NCBI RefSeq assembly: GCF_009914755.1 | Contig: NC_060947.1 | Strand: one strand, 5' to 3' | DNA length: 64,000 bases | Source of the DNA: the human T2T-CHM13v2.0 reference genome, Homo sapiens | Shown here: one piece after another, positions 1 to 16,839 of the stretch | Numbering within the stretch: the first letter of the stretch is position 1 | How the letters are laid out: each line of letters begins with the position of its first letter | Translations under genes and position numbers: made by a program | The notes under the pieces: generated by a model | Told to the model about the DNA's origin: nothing | Database searches by the model: none | What the model saw: the letters and a program-made list of their open reading frames with translations, nothing else

Positions 1-505
1 AGGAGGGGGAAATGAATCTCATTCGAGGTGGCATCTAACAGCAGCTGGAGGTCTCAGGGACACCAAAAGTCTGGTGCCTCTGTTGCCTAGAGCAAGAAGG
101 ATCTGAGGAAAAGGAGCATGTGTCACTGTGCCAAGTCAATAAATTCCAGAACATCAATAAGAGTGCAGATATACACAACCAGAAGGCCTGGAGGTATTCT
201 CTGAGCCCAGGAGTTAACAGCTATAGTGGCTTTGCAGCATTTTTTTCTAGGGTCCATTGTGAAGGCATACCCACGTGGAGGGATCTGCTCTCATTTCATC
301 TCTCTTAATGGGACAGAAATGGTTTCTTTAGCTTTCTTCTAAGGAAGATGAGGCTTTTAAGGCTCAGGATCTAACTGTTCATTAAGATTAGCAAGTATTG
401 TTCTCTGTGCCTGCTCCTTAGCCTTTTTCTGATGAAGATTCCTTGTAGGCCTGACAAGATATCCTTCAGGGAGTTGAGTACATCAGGACCCCCAGAAAAC
501 TTGCC
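1..505 (+). repeat. Inverted paralog of 13372-13870 (segment of the local duplicated module)
   Basis: Reverse-complement match read by eye, e.g. GAGTGCAGATATACACAACCAGAAG (161-185) vs CTTCTGGTTGTGTATATCTGCACTC (13680-13704); 371-447 matches 13417-13493 at 74/77. Confidence 0.92.
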
Positions 506-699
506 TCTTTAGTACCACTCTTTCGTACCAGGGATGATCTCTGTACATGATCCTTTAGAGAAAATGCTGAGCAGTCCATGAAAACAAGCATGAGTATTTT
601 GATATTCTTTCTTCTGCTCTCTTCTAAATCTATTCCATTTGAATATTTGCATGAGTACGTGTATGTGTGACACTCATGGGTTTGTTGGTATGACTTTAG

Positions 700-4029
<3,330 letters not shown>

Positions 4030-4242
4030 TGTTCTTAGGAAACTCTTAATGAAGAAATGTATTAAACAAAAAGGTGAGTTCTTATCTAAAACCAGTTTTC
4101 AGATGTAACTTTTCTTTGCACTTTGGTGTATCTATTTTTTCATACACTTAAAAACATATAGTTATTCAGTACATCTGTCATGTGACCAATTTGTCTTTGT
4201 AATTATCAATACACTTCTTACAATGCTAAATGTGGAAGTCCA

Positions 4243-4275
<33 letters not shown>
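4243..4275. repeat. (CA)n microsatellite
   Basis: Direct read. Confidence 0.95.
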
Positions 4276-4446
4276 TCCTTTTTCACTTATGTCATTACAC
4301 TGAATTCACAGGTTTGCATTTTACTATTTTATTTTCCTTAACAAAACAATAGTCAATATACGTTCTTTAAAGTTTGTAAACTGAATCTCCTACATTATTT
4401 TCTTAGAGGAAACCAGTTTTAATATTTCTCCATACTTGATTCTAGA

Positions 4447-5320
4447 TGTTTTAGTCAGGGAGGGCTGCCATAAAAGCATCATAGATTTTTAAACAAACTA
4501 TATGTATTTCTTACAGTTCTGGAGGCTGGGAAGCCCAAGATCATGGTGGCAGCCAATTCAGTTCCTGGCTAGGGTCCTCTTCCAGGTGTGCAGATGGACA
4601 TCTTCCTGTTGCTCACAAGGCAAAGTGAGAAACCTCTGTCCCTTCATCTCCTTATAGGGGCACTAATCATAATGCAGGCTCCACCCTTATGACCTCATCT
4701 AAACCTAACTACTTCCCAAAAGTCTCATTTCCAAATACCATCGCACTGTGGGTTAAGACTTTCACATATGAATTTCGAGGTAACACAAACTTTCAGTCCT
4801 TACTAGGTTTTCTTTTTTTTTTTTCTTCCCTGTGTGTAAGCATTGTATTTATTATCTCTTGCTATGTAACAAATTACTTCAAACTTAATAGCTTAAAACG
4901 ACATACATTTTTTTTATCTCAGTTTCTGTGAGTCAGGAGTCTGGGCATAGTTCAGGTAGGTACTCAGCTCAAGGCTGCGATCAAGGTGTCGGTTAGGGCT
5001 GGGGACTCATCTGAGGCTCAAGATCCTCTGGGAAGCTCATGTGGTTGTTGGCAGAATTCATTTTGTTGCAGCTATAGAACTCATAATTGCTTACTTCTTT
5101 GAGGCTAGCAAAAGAGAAGATCTCAGACCACCAGGCCCTCTTTTCCTGTCCTGATTAGATCAGGCCCCCCCAGGGTAATCTCCCTTTTGAGACCCTATCA
5201 TTTTTGCCATATAATATAAACGAATCAGAGAAGTGATAATCTATCATATTCACAGGTCCCACTCATACTTAAGGAATTATACAGGGAGATGGAATCATCT
5301 TAGTATTCTGCCTATATACC
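4447..5320. mobile_element. Two adjacent MLT1 (ERVL-MaLR) solo LTRs (~4447-4800 and ~4843-5320)
   Basis: MLT1 hallmarks TTCTTACAGTTCTGGAGGCTGGGAAGCCCAAGATC and TTGCTATGTAACAAATTACTTCAAACTTAATAGCTTAAAAC. Confidence 0.8.
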
Positions 5321-5455
5321 ACAAGGATGGATGGATGGATAGAGAGATAGATAGATACAGTTTTTAAAGATTTTAAGTCAAAATTATACATGAACACATT
5401 TTTCAACATCAGTTATTTGTACAATACTTTACAAACAACATTATGCCATCTCTGA

Positions 5456-5772
<317 letters not shown>

Positions 5773-6324
5773 GATTGAAACACTTTTAACACTCTTAGCG
5801 AATAAGTTTTTACTAGCTTATGTATCCCTAAATAGAATGCCCATATTACCAATTTATAAACTAACCCATACATTCATAATATATACTCTTCCTTCTAGAA
5901 GAATATTTCACTTTCTTTGCCCTCACTACACTTCACTAATATCAATATTACTACTTCACTTAACATCCATCCTTTCTTCCCATCCTCCCAATGTAGCTAT
6001 AATTGCTTGTGTCAATGTTTAATGCATACAATACTATGACAATGTAAATATCTTGAGATGATCCATGTACTAAATTGTGTTTGCTTTTCTTTTTCTGGAC
6101 ATCTTTCCTCTAGTCTCTGTCCCCTAGAATAATTTACTAGTCATTTCATTTGATGGTCTGTGTACTCATAGTTCATTCAAACACACACATATTCAAGTTG
6201 ACTAAAATATCTCTCAGGAGTCTCATTCATATTACGGATCTTGATCAATTTAATTTTCCTCGCAAAATTTATCTCAAAATTTTCTGACCTCCTCCAATGT
6301 GTCCAGTTTCCCCTATGCCTGGTG

Positions 6325-6770
<446 letters not shown>

Positions 6771-6989
6771 TTACTATTGATGATACTTAATAATCTGGAA
6801 TTGTATTTTTAAATATATTAAAACAATAGATGTTTCTTATCTTTTATAAAGCATCCTTTCATGTGAAAAATGTTTTTTAAAAAAGAGGCATGAGCACCCA
6901 TTCATAAACAGTATGTGGTAGTACAGTAACTACTATTTGCACTTTGGTGTTTATCATCTCAGATCTCTCAATATGTAGAGGAAATCATA

Positions 6990-7060
6990 CATTCCTTTAA
7001 CCAATATTTATCTAGTTGCTGCCAAGTTCCGGGCACTGTTCTAAGCCTTGGGGATAAAAG
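6990..7060 (-). mobile_element. L2 3' end fragment
   Basis: CATTC..AATATTTAT..GCCAAGT..GGCACTGTTCTAAG..TGGGGATA resembles the L2 3' end. Confidence 0.55.
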
Positions 7061-7440
7061 AATACTAAATAGGATATTTAATTGAATAGAATCATTTAAC
7101 TGAATAGAATTATTTAATATTTAACTTAATATAATTCAGTTATATTTATTTACTATAATATCAGTTATAATATTTAACTGAAATAATTAATATGTAATTG
7201 AATATAATATTTAAGTGAATAGAATTATTTTAATTGTGCACACACACACATTTACACATACATGTCTTTATATATATCTCTATATTTGTAAAATTGTATA
7301 TAACTTAATGTGCATGCATATATACATAGTACATATAAATATATATATATAACAGGTATGTGTGCATAGATATAGGAATATGTGCAAATATTGGTGCATA
7401 TATTTATAAACTAACACAGTATATACATAAACACAATGTG
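7060..7440. repeat. AT-rich low complexity / (TA,CA)n
   Basis: Repeated TTTAA(C/T/G)TGAATAGAAT units and TA runs. Confidence 0.8.
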
Positions 7441-8344
7441 TGTAGGTAATTGGAACGTCGTAAACACTAGTAAAATTGAGTATCTTTTCATTTATTTAAT
7501 AAACAGCTGGAGTTCTTCTTTTGTAAATTGCCTGTTTAATTCCTTTACCAATTTTGCCGTTGGTTTAAATACGACAGAAACAGAAAGTTTTAAATTTTTT
7601 AGTCACAGGACGCTTACGCGCAAACACACATACAAAAAATCATCTTCAACTACTCTATGAGGTCAAATGCTAACTGAGTGAGGAAAGTAGAAGAGGGCGC
7701 CAGAATGTTTCTCCATTATGCAATGAATCCCAAGTAATTCTAGACATTCTCCACCAACTTGGGAACAAGAAGTATGGGTTGTCAGGCTTACCAGGTATCC
7801 TCATCTGGAGCTTTTTATGAAGAAGTAACAGAGAAGAACAATTGTTATGTATGAGGAGAATCACTAGACTTCAAGGAGTTCAGCATCCTCTGGGAGAACA
7901 AATAAAGAGATGAGCACTCCTTCCTTCTTCCCCACCAACCCCACCAAGAGACCTGAGATGACGGCAAAACTCTATTAGGGGACAGGCCTTGGCTATAGGT
8001 GTAACATTTTTTGGCCTCTTAGTGTATGCCTCTGCTCTCTAAGCAGGAGATTTGGCCTTTTTTGGCTCGGCGGGATGGCTCCCAATGCTTCTTCATTTCC
8101 CTCCTTGCTCTAAGGCAATGGGGTCCAGACTTTTGCTGTGTATGAGATCCCCCAGCAAGCACAAATGCTGTTATAAGTTATCTCCTCAAATTAGCCTATT
8201 TTATGAGCTGTGATGCTGCTATCACAAGGAGCTCAGGTTCTATGGCTCCAGAACAAGGTGAATTGGCCTGAACCATCTTCTGAGGGACAGGGGCAGGAAC
8301 AGGAGACAATGGGCACAAGCCCTGCACTGGGCCCTGAAAGTTTT

Positions 8345-8700
8345 CCTCAACGGAAGCCCCACCCGACAACTTCCTGTGCCCGGACTTCTGGCAGCTGTTG
8401 GCTCTGTCCCGCCTCGCCAACAACAGGTTTTTACACTTGGATATCACCTTTGTCATATTAGCATCAAGTCTTTGCCCAGAGCTCCCGGAATAATTCAGAG
8501 AAGTCAGGGAAGCCCAATTTCGGGTCAGGGCCTGTTCAATCTCTCCGCTGAACGGGCGTTTCTAAACCGAAAGACCTCACGGGACGGACGCTGTAATGGC
8601 GTAGGGTATTTTAAAACTATTTCCTCACGATGGCAGTCGTGCTCCAGATATGCCAACAAGTACCGCTCCCTAGTCCTTCTCCCGCCCTTTCTGTCCAAAA
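8345..8700. promoter_or_regulatory. CpG-retaining promoter-like block (ETS motifs, GC box, conserved 19-mer)
   Basis: CGGAAG 8351, ACTTCCTG 8369, ACTTCTGG ~8384 (possible deaminated ACTTCCGG), CCCGCCC 8681, locally many CpGs. Confidence 0.5.
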
Positions 8701-9264
8701 AAACACCAGCAAGAAAAAGGCGCCAGGAAACATGGCAGCCTTACTTTTGCCCAGTTTGGGACAATCTTATCACGCTGCTGCACTGTTGCTTTTGGTTTCC
8801 ATTTGAAACGAAACTGAGGCCTTCTCTTTTTAAGAACTGCATTTCCAATAGGTTTAGCTTTCACAGTTGTGTTCTCGCTCACTCAGCATACATCTCCAGT
8901 ATTTTCCCAAGTTATCACGTTGTCTGCTTCTGGATTCAAGACTCAAGAATCCAGGCCTAAGCAGAAAAAGAAAATGCTACAAACTCAAGGCCGGGAGGTT
9001 ATCTCTAAGTACCAAACCACATGTCCTTGCCTGGCTCATCCATCTGTAAGGCTCCCAAGGAATTCTATATTTTCAGGATAGAGATCTAAGTCTTATGTGT
9101 TGACTTGTTGGCAGCCATTTGGCTGGAGTCTTAAGAGAAGCGCCCAAGTAGCTCCCATTCCAAGAGTTTTGTCTTGTGATTTCATTTACCATTTGAAGAC
9201 ACTTTCCGATGCCATTAAGTGGTCTCCAATTGCTTCCTACCACTTTATTGGATATGTAGGGACA

Positions 9265-9289
9265 TGTGTGTGTGTGTGTGTGTGTGTGT
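9265..9289. repeat. (TG)n microsatellite
   Basis: Direct read. Confidence 0.95.
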
Positions 9290-9664
9290 ATTTATCTTTA
9301 TATCTGTATTTACCATTTATCTCTTAGAGATAAGCCTTAAAACCACTTCCTCATTAGTAATTAAGACATGATGTTTGCCAAGGATTCAGAAATAACCATG
9401 CACTGATAAAGAGTAAAGCGCTGTCATAAAATTGATTAAGACCACTGATAACTTTTTGGATCATGTCCTCTTACTCCTTTCAATACACACAGAGTTTTAT
9501 ATTTATGTTCATATGTGACAATGAATTTATATTAAAATTGGTTGTTTGTACATGATGGTTTGCCTAGGAGATTGCCACTCCTGATTCTCAGACAGTTTGG
9601 CCACATTACATAAAATTTTTGTCTTCATGTTTAGTAATCAAAACACTGCAAAAAAATGTTTCTT

Positions 9665-9975
9665 GGCTGGGCGCAGTGGCTCACGCCTGTAATCCTAGCA
9701 CTTTGGGAGGCCGAGGCGGGCTGATTACCTGAGGTCGGGAGTTCAAGACCAGCCTGGCCAACATGGTGAAATCCCGTCTCTACTAAAAATACAAAAAATT
9801 AGCCCGGTGCAGTGGCGCGCGCCTGTAATCCCAGCTACTCTGGAGGCTGAGGCAGAAGAACCACTTGAACCCAGGAGGCCGGAAGTTGCCGTGAGCTGAG
9901 ATCACGCCACTGCACTCCAGCCTGGGCTACAGAACGAGACTTCGTCTCAAAAAACAAACAAACAAACAAACAAAA
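9665..9975 (+). mobile_element. AluSx-like SINE with TSD
   Basis: Full Alu, (AAAC)n tail, AAAATGTTTCTT on both flanks. Confidence 0.96.
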
Positions 9976-11002
9976 ATGTTTCTTATTGCTCCATTTATTA
10001 TAGTTTAAATATGGCATATATAATATATAATATTGCTATACATATATGTGCACATTTATTTCACCTTAATTATAACTTGACTTATACTGGGCATAGTTTT
10101 ATACAAAGTCTTCTGCACCAACTTACATAAATTGCATGTTTCCATATATCAACATCTATTTTCCCTAGCTGGAAATTTCTTTATACTTGATTGTACAAGG
10201 AGGTTTCTCTTCGAAGGAATTATAAAGGTAACATCTGCTGTTGGAAATCTGCTCATATTTTAAGAAATTACAAAGCCAAAAATAAATGGTATCTCAATGA
10301 AAACTAGAAGAAATAACTTTTAAAATGTCTTTGCCATACATTCTCTTATCTTCCCTATTCATATATAATGTACATTTTTTAACCTAAAATCCCAGTTACC
10401 TTGTATGTCAGACATGCTTTTCTCAGGACAGTTTGAGGTCTTTGGAAACATCATTAACTACTCCTTGGAATATGCAATATTTTTAAGGTTGCTTCTCATA
10501 TTTTTGCATTTCCTAAAATTAAGCATACCTGTTTACAAAATAACCAGACACATTAGCCTTGTACAAAGAAGTGCAGTGAGGCCACAAGTAATGCCCACTG
10601 AAGCAGATAAGGATTTTTAAAATGTGGGTGTCTTGAATACACCTGTTTTCTGTGATCAGTTAAATATATAAATATATTAGGTCTCAAATAGCCAACAAAT
10701 CAAGTTTTCACCAACAATTTCTTCTGCACATATTTGTTCTGGGTTGACTCTCAAATTACAAATATCTTATCAGCTTCTTGAAAAATCTCTTAGAATACAC
10801 AATCTATGAAGAACAAATGGAAACACTTTATCACAAATCCCACTTTTTTGAGGCATCCACTATTAGCAGCTTGATGAGTATATTGGTTTAAACATTAAAA
10901 AAATGATATATAACTGTTCAATAAGAACTGATGTTATTCAGTGAAATAAATTTAATCTATATCTCATCAATATACTCCCCACATTCCTCAGCACAATGCT
11001 AG

Positions 11003-11007
11003 GCGCG

Positions 11008-11046
<39 letters not shown>
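11003..11046. repeat. (GC)7(AC)15 compound microsatellite
   Basis: Direct read. Confidence 0.95.
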
Positions 11047-11048
<2 letters not shown>

Positions 11049-14000
11049 CCATTTCTTTTCTTCAAATCCATCCTCATTGGTCCCACTACACATAGAATTT
11101 GGTGCCCTGAATTCTCAATTCAACACTAGAAAATGAGTACTCTCCAATATCATTAACTTTTCTTGAGAAACAAGATAGTTTTTTATGGTTAAATCTCATA
11201 GCATTCTTTTACTGTTGATCAAACCGTAAGAATTATATGCATCTGGAAAAAAATCAGTAAGTGGAACAAATATATAGCAGTAAAGAAATGATACTCTTAA
11301 GAAGTTTAATAGATATTCCATTGATGTTTGTTATATTGCATTCTGCTCTTTTTATTATATAATTGTACATGTGTGGGCACATGTGGACAGGTTGTCAGGA
11401 TTTGGTGACTTTTTACTTACATGATATATGAGGAATATCCTTGCATGATACATGAGGAATATCCTTGCAACTTGAGTTGCTTCTTTCTATCATAGTTTTC
11501 TCAGGTCTCACATCACATAAGTCTCATCATATGTCGTGAAATATGCTTCAGAAAGCTGGATTTTCTGTTAAGTAAAATTTGGAAATAGAATTTCAGAATA
11601 GAGCCTTTAAATCTTGCATGTGTGTAGAAGTGTGTATGTTTTAAAGAAAAATACATCTTGTAATATGTTGTTTTCCTAATTATATATTGAGATGATGCTG
11701 GTTTCTTGATTTTTAAAAAACTTGCAAATGTAAGCTTTTCTCATTTTCAACATTTCAAGGCTTTGGACAAGTGTAAGTTAAAACGTGAAGGCAAGTCATT
11801 AGAAACATCACTGTAGAAAATTACACACTGTTAGTTGCTTGACTGGGGAACTTTCCAGATAACTTCCTTTCTGCCTATTTGCTTTTCTGAACCAATAGGT
11901 TTATGTGTTCAACTTGAATTAATAACATATGTAATTAAGAGAGAAAGAAAGACTTCATCTTTCATTTCTATTTCCTTGCTATTAGCCAACCAGAATGGTT
12001 TGATTCCCGTTACAACATTTCACATTTTCTTCCCTAAATCAGAGGTGTGGTCATCTCCCCTATTGAGGACTTGGCGAATGGATTTCAATCTTTCCAAAGG
12101 CTTAAAAAGACTACCTACTATAGCTGAACTTACTGTAGTTGAACTTGGACAATGGATGTTTTGCCCCCTCCCCACCGCCATCCTTGCAAAAGAAATCTCA
12201 GCGATCCTCTTTGTCCTCTCCTTTCTACTTTCCTGTGGGAGTTTGGCTGTGCGATCACTTTCAAGAGGTAGTCTCTGGACAAAGGGTATGCTCATGTGAA
12301 AGGTTAAATGATTTGGCCTGTTGACCTTCAAAGAGGTGTACCAATTAACAGTGCTTCTCACCTGGTAGGACCTTGTCCAATTCTACAAATCATTACACAA
12401 ACACTGACATCAATGGATTCCTTTTCAAAGGCTTGCTCGGGGTTATGATGAAGATTTAAGGGCATTATGGAAGAATACAGTGAACTGCAATTTACTTCAG
12501 TACTGGTGAATTTGAGACTGTGATAATAGAGGTGCCTTATTCCTTTGCCATCTTTCCTGCTGAGTGGTTTTCTTTTTAACTACATTTTGAAACAGCTTTT
12601 GATCTGAGCTGACTGTCAATGATTGAGTGGTATTGAGAGTTGGCAATAGTTATAATCTCCCATTCCTGGTCACGGTGTCACGTTTGAATTCCTGGGACTC
12701 AGCAAGTTGCTGCTGCTTTAGGCCTCTATCCACTCTCTGACCAGATAGTCTCTTAATGTAAACCAAAATGTGTGGGAATACAAAATTCCTGACCCTGAGG
12801 AATTCTAGGGCTGGGGCTACCTCTCTGTCACTCACAATTCTAAGTTAAGTTATGGTGCACTGTCTCCACACATCTGGCTTTCCTAGTCTAGCATATGGTC
12901 AAGTCAAACTGTGACTCAACAGCAGGCAGCCTAACCCATCTGATGCAGGGTTTCTCTCAGTCACCTGCTTAGCTGAAGTAGGCTGAAAAGGTCAGAGGTC
13001 ACCTTACACTTTCATAAGGTATTTGAGACCATTGAGACATGCTTTCTCAAATGTTTTCAAACCCTTCTTGGCTCATGTCAACCTATAACATCCTCAAGGA
13101 CAGCTAGACCAAGGCATGAATAGCAGGAAAGTCAATTTCCCCAGGGACCCTATGGTCTTTGTAGTAGTTGCTAAAAACTTCCTAGTAGATGTTATAGCTC
13201 CACCCTGGGCAAGTAGAATTCAGGTGGTGACCATATGTTACAGCAGTGCATGAGAATAACATTCCTTTCTCTTCTGTAAGTGGTCAGCCACTGAATCCAT
13301 CACTGATACACGAGAAAACTCTCACATGCAGTCAATCTTACAAAATTTTTGCCTTTTCTTGCTATGCTATGGGCAAGTGTCCTGAGGGTCCTGATGTGCT
13401 CAGCTTTTAGAGGGCTTACAAGGAATCTTCATTAGAAAAAGGCTAAGAAGCAGGCACAGAGAACAATACTTGCTAATCTGAATGAACAGTTAGGTCCCAA
13501 GTCTCAATGGCCTCATCTTCCTTAGGGGAAGGCCAATAGCTAAAGAACTCATTTCTGTTCCTTTAATAGAGCTAAGAGTAGGTTTCTCTAAATAGGTAGG
13601 CCTTCACACTGGGCCCTAGAAAAAGTGCTGCAAAGCCATGGTAGCTGTTACCTCCTGGCTTCAGAAAATACTTCCAGGTCTTCTGGTTGTGTATATCTGC
13701 ACTCCTATTGATGTTCAAGGATTTATTGGCTTGGCCAAGTGACACACACTGCCTTCTCCTCAGGTCTTCCTTGCTCTAGGCAATGGGGGCACCAGACTTT
13801 TAGGTATCCTTGAGACCCCCAGAAAGCACGCTGGCTGCTGTTAGATATCATCTGGAATGAGATGTTTCATCTGCACCCTAACATTGCTTACACCTTGTGC
13901 CAACCCCCTACCTCATTGTTCAAAGGGCATGGCCAGAGGATATGTGGCCAGAAGTCCCCCCAAATAGGATCTGAGCCATTTGTTTTAGCCCCACCCTCAC

Positions 14001-14532
14001 TGGGTAGATATCTAAGCCCCAATACTTCCTATACTCCACCTGCCTAGTAGCTGTCCCTTCAGTCCTCCCCCTGACCCCCCACTTATCAGCTTCTCCCCCA
14101 GGATCCTGCCTTTGTCCAGAGCTCCTGGAAGGCTTCAGATTTAAAGTGAAGGGGACCTACTTAGGGCTAGGGTCCACTCAACCTCACAAAAGGCCCAACA
14201 TTTCTCAGTTGCTAAAACTTGGGGGAGCTCTAACAACTTTGGGTTTGTGTTTTGTCAAACTACATCCTCTTGATGGCAGTATTGCTCTGGAAAAGCTGAT
14301 TAGCCTTGCCTGGGCACCCCACCCCCAGAGCCCTTCTCCTCTCACCCATTCAATCTGAAAAAAGCTACCAAGACAAAGGAGACAGGAAACAAAGCTGCCT
14401 TGCTATTGGCCCTGTTTGGGGAAAATCTGCTCTTTCGAATTTACTTTTGCTCCTGGTTTCCCTCTGAACTCAGACTGAAGCCTATACCACCCAGTTTCAT
14501 CAGCCATACTTTGTTTAAAGAATCCCATTTCC

Positions 14533-14690
14533 GATAGCATTAGGAGATATACCTAATGCTAAATGACGAGTTAATGGGTGCAGCACACCAGCATGGCACA
14601 TGTATACATATGTAACTAACCTGCTCATTGTGCACATGTACCCTAAAACTTAAAGTATAATAATAATAAAATTTAAAAAAACAAAAAAAA
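14533..14690 (+). mobile_element. Young L1PA 3' end (heavily 5'-truncated)
   Basis: GATAGCATTAGGAGATATACCTAATGCTAAATGACGAG...CCCTAAAACTTAAAGTATAAT plus A tail; CCCATTTCC on both flanks. Confidence 0.95.
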
Positions 14691-15664
14691 TGCCCATTTC
14701 CACTCTACCATAGCTTTGTAGGTCTGCTCTTCTTCATTCAACCTTGATCCCCAACAATTTCCCAAGTTATCTGCTTCAGTGGGAAATTCTTAGGGACCTA
14801 GGGCTAAGAAAGTGAAGAAAATAATGGAAATAACAGCCTAGAGAAGAACAAATCTAGGCACCAGGCCATGTGACTTGTTTCACTGCCAGGTTCCCTGGGA
14901 GTCCTCCATTTTCTGACCTGGGCACTAGGTCTTGTGTATTGAGTTGGGGGCAGCCATGTCAGAACCCTAATAGGAGGGTCCAGATAGATCTCAAGGCTGA
15001 ATTCCATACAATGTCCCTCTTGGGGTGACACACACACTCCAAACTTACAAAATTCCAGTAGAAAGGAACATGATTTTGTCTTATGGTTCCATCATTCAAC
15101 ATTAAAACACAAGCAAGTTCCCATGCACATCATTATTTGACTTTTAATGGCTTCCTATGGCTTTATTATATATGTGTGTGCCACTGCTTAAGCTTAGGAA
15201 TCAGTCTTATGGTGTTTCCTCATAAGTAATTAAGACATGGTGCTTGTAAAGAATTTAGAAAATAACCATGTGCTGATCAAGAACAAAAGCACTGTCATAA
15301 AATCTTGTATTAAACACTAATAGCCTTTTGCATATTTACTCCCATTATTTCAACATGCACAGAGGTCTATATTTACGGTAATACACTACAATAAACATAT
15401 TTAAATTAAATTTATATATGCATCATGTTTTAGATGCAAACTTTTCACTGCTCATTCCTGGGTAACTGAAATTGTCATGAAATATTTGCAAGACCTGGAT
15501 TTTAGATAATAAAATATTTGCAATGAGCTTCTTGATTGACTAATTCATTAAAGAATGTTAGGTTCTCAATTTTTAAAAAATTTATACACAGGACATAATA
15601 CCTATAATGCCACCACTCAAGTATCTTAATTTTGATACCTGCCTTACCTAATCATTAGTATGCT

Positions 15665-15667
<3 letters not shown>

Positions 15668-15695
<28 letters not shown>
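15668..15695. repeat. (TA)n microsatellite
   Basis: Direct read. Confidence 0.95.
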
Positions 15696-15698
<3 letters not shown>

Positions 15699-16839
15699 GC
15701 TAACATTGGAACAGGCACTATGTGCTTATGCCTCAGAACATTAGGGTTTCTTTTGTTTATATTTTTCAAAACTTATACCAAAATTTTATCTTAAAATTTT
15801 ATGTAAAATCTATAAAGTTGAAACGCATACTCACTCTAACACTGACCATGATTATGCATGATATGCATAATGCATATATATGTATAAGCATTAGATAGAT
15901 AGGTCCAAGTTACCTGGTTACAGGCCTAGAGGGAAAAGAAAATGATTGCACCTATTATATATATATTTACTTCTCTTTATTTATTTATTTTTATTCAGCC
16001 TCTGGGAGCATGGACTATCCTTTTCTTTAAAGACAATTGAATGCAAACTGGATACAGTTTTGCACAAATTCTTCAACACCACCTTATACCATTTGCATAC
16101 ATGAATGACAATGTATATTTGAGTGCTTGGATTTTTTTTGTATCTTACTCTAGAAGACCTTTCTATTTCAAGAAATTACAAAAGTTGCACCCACTGTTGG
16201 CACCGTTTAGATTTTAAGAAATTATAAGTAGAAAGTAAACGGTACTTCAATCACAACAAGAAATAGCCACTTAAAAATATCCTTGCCATACATTCTTATA
16301 TCTTCACTTTGCACAAATAATATACACTTAAAAAATGTTCAAATTCTCTTGTACTTTGAATGCTAAAACAAGTTTTCCTCATTTGTAACTTGAATGCTCT
16401 TCAAATCTCATTAAGTATTCTTTAGAATAATGACAGGTTTTAAAATCTTGCCACATGTTTTTGCATTTCTAGAAATAATCATGCTTCTTTACAATGTACC
16501 TGCTATAACAGCCATGTATGGAGAAGTGAAGCGAGGTCACAGGTAATGCCACCTCCAGCAGACAAGAACTTTTAAAATGTGGGTTCATCTTCAATCCTCT
16601 TCACTCGGTTTTGGTTCTCATCTGTTTGTGCGTGGTCAGCTCTCCTAGCAAAAGTGCTAACCCTTCTTGGTTTGGCGGGCTGATCCCATTTCTCTTCAAG
16701 GTCCTCCTAGCTGCAAGCAATTTGGTTGCACCTGGGACCTCCAGCAAGCACATGGCATCCTTTTATAAGCAACCTGGTATTGTCTGGTTCTCTGCAGTGA
16801 CTCTGCTACCACAAAGGTCCTAGGCCCCAGAGCCTGAAG

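Larger units (their letters stand above)
8090..11970. repeat. Duplicated module copy 2
   Basis: Collinear blocks shared with copies 3 and 4: 19-mer at 8619, GTAATTAAGACATG at 9357, CTGTTGG..TTTTAAGAAATTA at ~10238, GTAATGCC at 10588, CACTATTAGCAGCTT at 10858. Confidence 0.9.
11975..16590. repeat. Duplicated module copy 3
   Basis: Contains the block homologous to 1515-2600, the block inverted at 1-505, a degenerate 19-mer at 14262, GTAATTAAGACATGG at ~15227 and CACAGGTAATGCC at 16538. Confidence 0.9.

Noticed and set aside
428-490. Possible C/D snoRNA (TGATGA, internal CTGA, CTGATG/CATCAG stem)
   Set aside because: No terminal D box, and the C box is TAATGA in the paralog
8376-8960. 194-aa + strand ORF over the promoter-like block of copy 2
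   Set aside because: GTG start, no recognisable domain, and no comparable ORF in the paralogous copies
12135-12274. Minus-strand frame DYLLKVIAQPNSHRKVERRGQRGSLR, faintly like the NFAT Rel-homology motif (QPKxHHRAHYETEGSRG)
   Set aside because: Key RAHYETE residues are absent and the copy 1 paralog has a deletion and stop; likely chance (HMMER vs the RHD profile would settle it)
11835-12361. Overlapping 154-aa (+) and 113-aa (-) ORFs with partial similarity to ORFs at 1539-1914
   Set aside because: The similarity reflects DNA paralogy; frames shift and stop between copies
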